A DNA stretch of 61,793 nucleotides, filler included. It is 6 parts of 6 records of this genome, joined end to end, with 100 filler letters (N's around TTAATTAATTAA, not from the genome) between each part and the next. Parts side by side here need not be neighbours in the genome. Positions count along the whole stretch, not along the records: positions 23,284 to 43,592 come from DRR723986_22882; positions 43,693 to 49,401 come from DRR723986_22901; 4 more parts are not named here. One strand, written 5' to 3'. The position numbers and the translations under genes are program-made. The notes beneath the pieces are model-generated. The model was given only the letters and a program-made list of their open reading frames with translations. It ran no database searches and was not told where the DNA came from. Below are positions 39,034 through 47,303 of this stretch, in pieces. The stretch's first letter is position 1. Each line of letters begins with the position of its first letter.

Positions 39034-40464
39034 ATGAAAACACAACTTAACCGTCGTGACTTTATAAAAAAAACCTCTGCTGCTGCCATGGCAACCATGG
39101 GAATGGGCGCACCATTGGCTGGGCTGTTATCTTCCTGTGGTACTGACAAAATCCCGGCAACAGCGGATTCAGTTATTTTGCTTTTTATGGCTGGAGGAAT
39201 GGCTCATACCGAAACCTTCGACCCAAAGAAATACACCCCATTTCGCAAAGGAATGGAGTCCAAAGAAGTGCTCAGCACCTTCCCTTCTATCCCGACGGCC
39301 TTGGATGGAATCCACTTTTCCGAAGGTTTGGAATCCATCGCCAAAATCATGGACAAGGGAACGCTGATCCGCTCCTACGTGGCAGCAGATCTGGGACACA
39401 TCCTTCATACACGCCACCAGTACCATTTCCATACCTGCTACGAACCTCCACAATCCGTGGTCGTGCCACATTTAGGTTCTTGGATCTCCAAGGAACTCGG
39501 CCCCTTAAATCCAGTGATTCCGTCCTTCATTAATATAGGTCAGCGATTCTCTGTGGGTGAAGGCGAGGAACTCAAGGCTTTTCACAGTGCCGGTTTTCTG
39601 GGTTCTGAGCATGGCCCATTTTTGATTCCAGATCCTTCGGCTGGTTTGGAAAGCGTGCGCCCTCCTATCGGCATGTCCACACAGCGATTTGAATCCCGAA
39701 ATCAACTTTACCAAGACCTGATATCTGCCGGAGCGATGGGCGAGTATGGATCGGACTATCAAAAGGAATCACTGAAGCGATCCATGGAGCAGGCGTACAT
39801 TCTGCTGAATTCTCCTGAGGCAAAGGCTTTTGATCTGAGTCTGGAGCCCAAGGAAAGCTATGATAAGTACAACAACAGTAAGTTTGGGCTAGGATGCCTG
39901 CTGGCAAAAAGACTGGTGGATCAGGGTGCGAGATACATCACGGTCACTTCCGAGTATGAGCCTTTCAAAGGCTGGGATACGCATGACAATGGGCATACCC
40001 GATTGACAGAAATGAAGAAGATGATCGACTCTCCTATCGCCCAACTTATCTCTGATCTGGATGAAAGCGGGAAACTGGACAGAACCCTAGTGATCGTAGC
40101 CTCGGAGTTTAGCCGGGATATGCTGACAGAAGGAAGACCAGGGCTGAAAGTAAAAGATCAGGTGGAAGTGCCTGATATCATAGAAGACATGAAAAATTAC
40201 GGAATGCATAGGCATTTTACCGATGGCTGCTCCATGCTGATGTTTGGCGGGGGCATCAAACGCGGTCATGTATATGGAAAAACCGCAGATGAGCGTCCAT
40301 GCAAAAGCATAGAAAACCCAATCAAAATAGACAGCATTCACCAGACCGTTTACCATGCCTTGGGCATCGCTCCTGAAACCAATTACGAGATCGAACAGCG
40401 CCCATTCTTTACCACGCCTGATGGTCATGGGAAGGTGGAGTTTGATTTATTACAAAAGGGGTAA
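39034..40464 (+). CDS. DUF1501 protein with Tat signal
   Basis: NRRDFIK, FMAGGMAHTETFDPK, CLLAKRLV, GWDTH, SEFSR. Confidence 0.9.
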   Translation: MKTQLNRRDFIKKTSAAAMATMGMGAPLAGLLSSCGTDKIPATADSVILLFMAGGMAHTETFDPKKYTPFRKGMESKEVLSTFPSIPTALDGIHFSEGLESIAKIMDKGTLIRSYVAADLGHILHTRHQYHFHTCYEPPQSVVVPHLGSWISKELGPLNPVIPSFINIGQRFSVGEGEELKAFHSAGFLGSEHGPFLIPDPSAGLESVRPPIGMSTQRFESRNQLYQDLISAGAMGEYGSDYQKESLKRSMEQAYILLNSPEAKAFDLSLEPKESYDKYNNSKFGLGCLLAKRLVDQGARYITVTSEYEPFKGWDTHDNGHTRLTEMKKMIDSPIAQLISDLDESGKLDRTLVIVASEFSRDMLTEGRPGLKVKDQVEVPDIIEDMKNYGMHRHFTDGCSMLMFGGGIKRGHVYGKTADERPCKSIENPIKIDSIHQTVYHALGIAPETNYEIEQRPFFTTPDGHGKVEFDLLQKG

Positions 40465-40693
40465 AGGACTCGGGTAAAGTTTTTTAGACTAATTTCTTCT
40501 ATTTTTTAACTAAGGATTGTGGGAGAAGTAAAGTGGGTGTATTTTGATGGAAATTAAAGGCATATGTTTTCAGTGCCCTCACGACATAAAATAAATAGGA
40601 ACATCAACAATAACTAGTGGATATCATTCCAAACTAGGAAAGATATGACCAGTTGTGGACATTCAAACGTTGGTAGCCATTTGAAAAACGACC

Positions 40694-41467
40694 ATGTTCA
40701 ACTTTCTGAAATCAAATAAAAAATACCAACCACTAAGCAAAGAACTGAGAAAGTACTTTGAGAACAATTTTCTATGGTTAATGCAAGAATTTCCTGAGCC
40801 AAAAATTGAAGACCGTAGAATTTTGACACCCACAACATCAGACTTTCCAATAAAATGGAATAATAGTCGGCAAAATGCAACTGAAGCTCTGAAAGTTATT
40901 TGTAGCAACATGCAGCTTGACTCAAATGAAATAGAACTTGACTTCTACGACAATGGCTTAAAAGAAATTGACATGGGAACATCTGTGATCTTCATGGAAT
41001 CAGACCCCGACAATCTAGAAGCCGCAGGATTATATCACAACGAAAAAGTTGATGGCAAATACATTATTTCACTTGACAAAGAATTATTAGAAAGACCTGA
41101 TAGTTTAATTGCAACAATTGCTCATGAACTATCTCATGTAAAGTTGCTTGGCGAAAAAAAACTTAAGCAAAATGATGAATTGCTCACGGACTTTACAACA
41201 GTATTTTTTGGAGTTGGAATTTTCAATGCAAACTGTGCTTTTCAGTTTTATAATCAGACTGACCGTTGGGGACACAGTAACTTGGGATATTTAAAAATTG
41301 ACGAATGGGCTTATGCATTGGCTTTGTTCGCATTTATAAGACATGAAGATGAACCTCAATGGAAACAGTTTTTAAGCAAGACTATAAAAAGTGACTTCGA
41401 GAAGTGTCTGAGATATATGGTTGACAACGAAGAAGAAATCTTCAAATTTGACGATGAAAAAGAATAA
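40694..41467 (+). CDS. Hypothetical HExxH metallopeptidase-like protein (cassette gene 1)
   Basis: AAGLY, ATIAHELSH, downstream NDELLTD; AT-rich coding sequence. Confidence 0.75.
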   Translation: MFNFLKSNKKYQPLSKELRKYFENNFLWLMQEFPEPKIEDRRILTPTTSDFPIKWNNSRQNATEALKVICSNMQLDSNEIELDFYDNGLKEIDMGTSVIFMESDPDNLEAAGLYHNEKVDGKYIISLDKELLERPDSLIATIAHELSHVKLLGEKKLKQNDELLTDFTTVFFGVGIFNANCAFQFYNQTDRWGHSNLGYLKIDEWAYALALFAFIRHEDEPQWKQFLSKTIKSDFEKCLRYMVDNEEEIFKFDDEKE

Positions 41468-41681
41468 AAAAAGGGCTACCAATAACTAGGTTTTCGTTGC
41501 GTAGCCCCACTGAGCGTAGACTAAGCGTTGAAGGCACTAGGTGTAGATTGTATCTACACCTTAATATCCTTATCAATTTCAAATTGATTTTAATATAAGG
41601 GTGAAGTTGCAAATTCCCCCCAGTCATAGTAGCTGCAAATCGTTGGGCGCAAGTCAATGTACAATTTACCAAAGACTAGGA

Positions 41682-42122
41682 ATGAGGCTTTTAATACTTC
41701 TGACAATCTATTTAATTCCATTTCTTTCAACTGGACAAACACGAACAATTTCTGGAAAAGTCATTGACGAATTCGGACTGACGACCATTCCACAGGTGAG
41801 AATTCAGAATCGCGACACCGTACAACTTGGGACAACTGACATAAACGGGAATTTTAAAATAGAACTCCCCGCTGAGACCGAGCAATTGCAATTCAGCTTT
41901 ATAGGTTTTGAGTTGACAACGGTTCAGATTCTAAACAACTGCGACAACCTGGAGATTATTATGATGGTGGCAAGCTCCTATGACTTCATGACAATGAAGA
42001 GAGTTAATAGGAAACGATATAAAAGATTCAGAAAATTAAATGAACGACATAAGGAAGCATTTGAGAAAGGTGTTTTTAAGTCAAGGACACCTTGTGTGGC
42101 TTATATCTTCAGTGAAGATTAA
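41682..42122 (+). CDS. Secreted carboxypeptidase-regulatory-like domain protein (cassette gene 2)
   Basis: Signal peptide; RTISGKVID..GTTDINGNFKI..LQFSFIGF. Confidence 0.78.
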   Translation: MRLLILLTIYLIPFLSTGQTRTISGKVIDEFGLTTIPQVRIQNRDTVQLGTTDINGNFKIELPAETEQLQFSFIGFELTTVQILNNCDNLEIIMMVASSYDFMTMKRVNRKRYKRFRKLNERHKEAFEKGVFKSRTPCVAYIFSED

Positions 42123-42238
42123 ACGCTTGAACCCAACAAACCACACTAAGCGTAGACTTGGCGGTGAGGTTGCTAGATGTAATCCCGAACAGAAGCCGAG
42201 GTAATTACACCCCTAGGGACAGGGCACTCCATACTCTG

Positions 42239-43459
42239 TCAATCGCCAATTTTTTTCATTGCCATACTTGCTGTAAGTCCATGAATCAAAATAGACAAAG
42301 CCACCATCAGCGATACCATAGACCAAAGCTCATCTTTATTCTCAAATTCTACTTCTTGAAAGGCAAATGCCAGATAGAAAATTGACCCTAAACCTCTGAT
42401 ACCGAAAAAGCTGATTGTGATTTTTTCCCTGTTTGATATGGCTGCTCCCTGTAAACTTAAGTAACCTACTACCGGCCGGATCACCAGTAAAAATAACAAC
42501 ACGAAAAACACCATAATCCAACTTAGATTTTCTAGCACTCCTAATGAGATAGCCCCTCCAAAAAGCATCAAAAGTAGGACTACAAATATCCTCTCGATTT
42601 GATCTGTAAACGAATGCATGGATTCATGGTACTCGTGATCTTTTTCATAGCTACGAAGAGCTAATGCGCCTACAAAAACGGCTATAAAACCATAGCCATG
42701 CAATAATTCTGTAAATCCATAGACGAACAAAGTCATGGATAGCGCAACGAATCCGTCTAATTTCTCCAAAAACTTATACTTTTTAGAGAAAGTAAATAGT
42801 AAGTAACCCACTGCCTTGCCCAACAAAAAACCTACAATTAATCCTACGGCGATTTGATAAACAAAATGGTAGGAAAACCAACCCCACAGCGTATCATCAC
42901 TTCCAGCACTTATTGAGGCAACAGTTATGGCTAGCCAGGTAAATGGAAAAGCCAATCCATCATTAATTCCAGCTTCTGCAGTTAGGGCAAATTTTGTTTC
43001 CGGACCCTTCTTTTCGTTAGGCGGACTTACTTGAACATCCGAAGCGAGCACTGGATCAGTAGGTGCTATTACAGCCGCCAATAAAAGGGACGCAGCCAAA
43101 TTCAGGCCTAGCATAAAATAACCCAGCAAAGTGGCTATCACTATCCCCAAGAGCATAGCTATAAAGACCAATCGCAAAGGCAGGCTCCAATTTTTTAGAG
43201 AAAAAGTGCGTTTTATTTTCAGTCCCGCACCCATTAAAGAAATAATAACTATCAGTTCTGTCAAGTGGAGAACGGCAGATTCATTCTCCTGTGGCAGGGG
43301 ATTTGGCAGATAATCAGGAAAAAGCCAATAAAGTAAAACACCCGCAACCATGTAAAACACCGAATAAGACACCTTCAGTTTCTTGGAAACGAAAGGCATC
43401 CATGCCATAGAAAAAGTCACGAGCCCAATGATAAAAAGCGAAACAATAAATGAATTCAT
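42239..43459 (-). CDS. CPA1 cation:proton antiporter (NhaP-like)
   Basis: Many TM helices; APTDPVLA, EAGINDG, FFGIRG. Confidence 0.92.
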   Translation of the reverse strand: MNSFIVSLFIIGLVTFSMAWMPFVSKKLKVSYSVFYMVAGVLLYWLFPDYLPNPLPQENESAVLHLTELIVIISLMGAGLKIKRTFSLKNWSLPLRLVFIAMLLGIVIATLLGYFMLGLNLAASLLLAAVIAPTDPVLASDVQVSPPNEKKGPETKFALTAEAGINDGLAFPFTWLAITVASISAGSDDTLWGWFSYHFVYQIAVGLIVGFLLGKAVGYLLFTFSKKYKFLEKLDGFVALSMTLFVYGFTELLHGYGFIAVFVGALALRSYEKDHEYHESMHSFTDQIERIFVVLLLMLFGGAISLGVLENLSWIMVFFVLLFLLVIRPVVGYLSLQGAAISNREKITISFFGIRGLGSIFYLAFAFQEVEFENKDELWSMVSLMVALSILIHGLTASMAMKKIGD

Positions 43460-43592
43460 AAGTAATAATTAATCAATGCTATTGGGTTCAAAATCTGCAT
43501 GGAAATAAGTAGGCTATTAGAAAGGTTTTTTTTCGCTAAACTTTATACAATTATTAAATATCTTATATGATTATCCGCAATGATGCCAGTCA

Positions 43593-43692
43593 NNNNNNNN
43601 NNNNNNNNNNNNNNNNNNNNNNNNNNNNNNNNNNNNTTAATTAATTAANNNNNNNNNNNNNNNNNNNNNNNNNNNNNNNNNNNNNNNNNNNN
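43593..43692. other. Artificial contig spacer
   Basis: N-run + TTAATTAATTAA + N-run. Confidence 0.99.
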
Positions 43693-43989
43693 AAGATCAA
43701 CACCAACGACGAGCTGCGCCAGAAGTTTGTCGATCAGACCGTTCCCCAGGCTGAGTATCTCGGGCTGACAGTTCCTGACGAGAACCTCAGGTGGAACGAG
43801 GAAAAGGGCGGTTACGATTTTTCCGAACCGGACTGGAGCGAGTTTTTCGAAGTTCTCAAGGGCAACGGTCCTTGCAACCGGGAACGTATGGAAGCCCGGG
43901 TGACGGCCTGGGAAGATGGTGCCTGGGTGCGTGACGGGTTGATGGCGCATGCTGACAAGCGGGTCGCTGCCAGAACCGCGGCCGAGTAA
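43693..43989 (+). CDS. paaA: Phenylacetyl-CoA epoxidase subunit A, 3' fragment (missing from the ORF track)
   Basis: Manual translation KINTNDELRQKFVDQTVPQAEYLGL..KGNGPCNRER..WVRDG. Confidence 0.93.
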   Translation, partial: KINTNDELRQKFVDQTVPQAEYLGLTVPDENLRWNEEKGGYDFSEPDWSEFFEVLKGNGPCNRERMEARVTAWEDGAWVRDGLMAHADKRVAARTAAE

Positions 43990-43994
43990 GCGCC

Positions 43995-44477
43995 ATGACC
44001 GAAACTCATCTGGCCGAATTGAATGTGGCTCGGCTTCGTTACGATATCAACGATCCGCGGATTGCCGATTTCGTCAACAATCTGAACCGGGTAAACGCCG
44101 CCGCCGAACGCAGCAACGGTTTTGTCTGGCGGTTGAAGGATGAGGCTGGCAACGCGATTTCCATGACGCGCGAAAGCGACCCGTTGGTCATCCCGAACCT
44201 TTCGGTATGGACGGACGTCGGGTCTCTGGAAAACTTCGTGTTCAAGACCGTTCACAAACGCATTTACGACCGACGGGCGGAATGGTTCGAAGTGATGGAG
44301 CGCATGCATTTTGTCATGTGGCCGGTCGCCGCCGGCCATGTGCCAACGCTCGAAGAAGCCTGGCAGAAGCTCGACTATCTGAACGAGCACGGGTCAACGG
44401 ATCTTGCCTTCGGCTGGGAGCATGTGAAAGACGCCAATCTGTGGCGGTCGGCACGATGCTCAAGTTCTGCAGCCTGA
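43995..44477 (+). CDS. DUF3291 family protein
   Basis: HLAELNVARL..FV..VNAAAERSNGFVWRL..NLSVW..HKRIYDRRAEWF. Confidence 0.87.
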   Translation: MTETHLAELNVARLRYDINDPRIADFVNNLNRVNAAAERSNGFVWRLKDEAGNAISMTRESDPLVIPNLSVWTDVGSLENFVFKTVHKRIYDRRAEWFEVMERMHFVMWPVAAGHVPTLEEAWQKLDYLNEHGSTDLAFGWEHVKDANLWRSARCSSSAA

Positions 44478-44493
44478 CATTTCGGAGGAAATC

Positions 44494-44778
44494 ATGAAAA
44501 AGGAATGGCCCCTCTGGGAGGTCTTTATTCGCGGCCAGCATGGTCTCAATCATCGCCATGTAGGGTCACTGCATGCACCGGATGCTGAAATGGCAATCAA
44601 GAATGCGCGCGACGTCTATACGCGCCGCAAGGAAGGCGTTTCGATCTGGGTCGTGCCGTCGGCACAGATCACTGCTTCTGATCCGGGTGCGAAGGATGCC
44701 CTGTTCGAGCCGTCCATGGACAAGATCTATCGTCACCCAAGTTTTTACGACATTCCGGATGAAGTCGGAAAAATGTGA
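44494..44778 (+). CDS. paaB: Phenylacetyl-CoA epoxidase subunit B
   Basis: WPLWEVF..HVGSLHA..ARDVYTRRKEGVSIWVV. Confidence 0.96.
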   Translation: MKKEWPLWEVFIRGQHGLNHRHVGSLHAPDAEMAIKNARDVYTRRKEGVSIWVVPSAQITASDPGAKDALFEPSMDKIYRHPSFYDIPDEVGKM

Positions 44779-45554
44779 TGACCAGAAAAGACGAACTAGT
44801 CGCACGCGACACTCTCTTCGAATGGCTTCTGCGCAGAGGCGATACCGCGCTTGTTCTGGGGCACCGCGTTTCTGAATGGTGCGGGCATTCTCCTGTCCTG
44901 GAAGAAGATATCGCGCTCGCCAATGTCGCGCTCGATCTAATCGGGCAGGCGCGCATGTGGCTGGGCCTTGCCGGTGAAGTCGAAGGCAAGGGGCGCGGCG
45001 AAAATGAGCTGGCTTACCTTCGTGATGCCTGGGACTTTCGCAACTTCCTGCTGGCCGAACAGCCAAATGGTGATTTTGGCCAGACGTTGATGAGGCAGTT
45101 CCTGATCGATGCCTATCAGGTTCCGTTGCTCGAGGCCCTGAAAAGCTCGAAGGACGAGCGGATCGCTGCCATTGCTGCGAAGGCTGGCAAGGAGGTTGCC
45201 TACCATCTCGACCGATCCGCGGACCTCGTGATCCGTCTAGGAGACGGTACTGAAGAGAGCCATCGCCGCATGCAGCAGGCTCTTGATGCGTTGTGGTCCT
45301 ACACCGGTGAAATGTTCGCCAGTGACGCCATCGACACCGCGATGGCGGAAGCAAGGCTTGCTCCAGATGCCGCCTCCTTGAAAGCGGAATGGAAAGAAAC
45401 AGTCGAAGCTGTTCTGGATGAGGCTACGCTTACCTTGCCGGAAAGCGACTTCGCCCATATGGGCGGCTTGACTGGTCGTCATTCGGAACACCTGGGGCAC
45501 ATGCTGGCAGAAATGCAGTTCCTGCAGCGGGCCTATCCCGGCGCAACCTGGTGA
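44775..45554 (+). CDS. paaC: Phenylacetyl-CoA epoxidase subunit C
   Basis: SEWCGH..LEEDIALAN..PNGDFG..KEVAYH..LQRAYPGATW. Confidence 0.96.
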   Translation: MMTRKDELVARDTLFEWLLRRGDTALVLGHRVSEWCGHSPVLEEDIALANVALDLIGQARMWLGLAGEVEGKGRGENELAYLRDAWDFRNFLLAEQPNGDFGQTLMRQFLIDAYQVPLLEALKSSKDERIAAIAAKAGKEVAYHLDRSADLVIRLGDGTEESHRRMQQALDALWSYTGEMFASDAIDTAMAEARLAPDAASLKAEWKETVEAVLDEATLTLPESDFAHMGGLTGRHSEHLGHMLAEMQFLQRAYPGATW

Positions 45555-45558
45555 TCCG

Positions 45559-46071
45559 ATGCCTGTTTCCATGGACACGGTTTGGCAATGGCTTTCCGAG
45601 ATCCCTGATCCGGAAATTCCGGTTCTGTCCCTGACGGACTTGGGCGTCATTCGTGACGTCTCCTGGCAAGACGATACGCTTGTTGTAACCGTTACGCCGA
45701 CCTACAGCGGCTGCCCGGCAACAGCGGTGATCAATCTGGACATCGAAACCAAGTTGCTGGAATGCGGAGTTACCAAGGTGCGTCTTCAGCAGCAGCTCAG
45801 CCCGCCTTGGACAACCGATTGGCTGACGCAGGAAGGCCGGGCGAAATTGCGTGCCTACGGCATTGCACCGCCGGTAGACGGAACCCGTTCGGACAGTTCG
45901 GCAGCCGGAAGGCTCGCGCGGCTGACAGGTCAGGGGAGCTTTCAGGTCGCTTGTCCTCGCTGTGGTTCGGAAAACACGGAAAAGGTCAGCCAGTTTGGCT
46001 CCACGCCCTGCAAGGCGGCTTATCGCTGCCGGTCGTGCCTGGAGCCATTCGATTACTTCAAGTGCCACTGA
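45559..46071 (+). CDS. paaD: Phenylacetyl-CoA epoxidase subunit D
   Basis: DPEIPVLS, TPTYSGCPA, CPRCGS, FGSTPCKA, EPFDYFK. Confidence 0.95.
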   Translation: MPVSMDTVWQWLSEIPDPEIPVLSLTDLGVIRDVSWQDDTLVVTVTPTYSGCPATAVINLDIETKLLECGVTKVRLQQQLSPPWTTDWLTQEGRAKLRAYGIAPPVDGTRSDSSAAGRLARLTGQGSFQVACPRCGSENTEKVSQFGSTPCKAAYRCRSCLEPFDYFKCH

Positions 46072-46198
46072 GAGGGCACTGCAATTAGTCGGGTCGCCAG
46101 GGAAGGTGAAAAGCTTCCATAGGCCGTCCTGAGTTTTTTGGCATCCGTTTTTGCCGATATAGGCAGGGTGCAGCAGATCATGTTTCGGGAGGACATGC

Positions 46199-47272
46199 AT
46201 GTCGCGGTTTCATGCGCTGACAGTGACTGACGTAACGCCGGATACAAGAGATTCGGTCGTTGTGACCCTTCAGCCGCAGTCGGAGGAACAGGATTTGTTC
46301 CGTTTCGAGCAGGGGCAATATCTGACCTTCCGGCGTGACTTCGACGGACACGAGGTGCGCCGTTGCTACTCAATCTGTGCCGGGACCGAAGACGGTGCCC
46401 TGAAGGTCGGGATCAAGCGCGTCGACGGAGGTGCTTTTTCATGCTGGGCGCATGAAAGCATGCGGCCGGGAGACATGGTCGAGGCCATGCCGCCACTCGG
46501 CAGCTTCAACGCCCCGATCGAACCTGATCTCGCACGTTTCTACGTCGGTTTCGCCGGTGGGTCTGGCATCACGCCGATCCTGTCGATCCTGAAGACAGTA
46601 CTGGCACGCGAGCCCAATTCTCAATTCACGCTAGTCTATGCCAACCGGCAGATATCCTCGATCATGTTCCGAGAGGAACTGGAAGATCTGAAAAACCGGT
46701 ATCTCGGTCGCCTGCAGGTGATCCATATTCTCAAAAGCGATGCGCAGGACACTGAGCTGTTTTCCGGCCGCGTCGATGAGGAGAAGCTGACCGATCTCTT
46801 CGATACGCTGATCGATCCTCAGGACATTGATATTGCTTTTCTTTGCGGGCCTCACGGAATGATGGAAACCGTTCGTGGCAGCCTGGAAGCGCGCGGTGTC
46901 GTGGCGGACAAGATTCGGCAGGAACTGTTCAAGTCCGACCAGCCCGGACGCTTGCCGGCACGGTTGCGGCCGGAGGTCATAGATGGTTCAGCGAAGGAGG
47001 CCGATCTTCGGTTGACCATCGACGGCACCTCGCGGGAAATCCACATGGAACCGGGCGAGACCATTCTGGAAGCAGCGCATCGTCACAACATCGATGCACC
47101 ATATTCCTGCTGTGCAGGCGTGTGTTCCACATGTCGCGGCAAGGTGCTGGAAGGTGAGGTCGAAATGGCGGCCAATCATGCTCTGGAAGACGACGAAATT
47201 CGGGATGGTTACGTTCTGACATGCCAGTCGCGGCCGCTGAGCAAACGCCTCGTCGTGACTTACGACGCCTGA
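46199..47272 (+). CDS. paaE: Phenylacetyl-CoA epoxidase reductase subunit E
   Basis: RRCYSIC, GSGITP, LCGP, C-terminal 2Fe-2S SCCAGVCSTC. Confidence 0.95.
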   Translation: MSRFHALTVTDVTPDTRDSVVVTLQPQSEEQDLFRFEQGQYLTFRRDFDGHEVRRCYSICAGTEDGALKVGIKRVDGGAFSCWAHESMRPGDMVEAMPPLGSFNAPIEPDLARFYVGFAGGSGITPILSILKTVLAREPNSQFTLVYANRQISSIMFREELEDLKNRYLGRLQVIHILKSDAQDTELFSGRVDEEKLTDLFDTLIDPQDIDIAFLCGPHGMMETVRGSLEARGVVADKIRQELFKSDQPGRLPARLRPEVIDGSAKEADLRLTIDGTSREIHMEPGETILEAAHRHNIDAPYSCCAGVCSTCRGKVLEGEVEMAANHALEDDEIRDGYVLTCQSRPLSKRLVVTYDA

Positions 47273-47303
47273 GACCATTCCGTTTCAAGAACTGGAATTC
47301 AAA

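Larger units (their letters stand above)
40669..42180 (+). mobile_element. Two integron-like gene cassettes with degenerate attC-like sites, no integrase seen
   Basis: GTTGGTAGCC(40669)/GGCTACCAAT(41474) and GTTGGGCGCAAG(41642)/CTTGAACCCAAC(42126) bracket the ORFs; shared CACTRAGCGTAGACT at 41508 and 42144. Confidence 0.55.
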
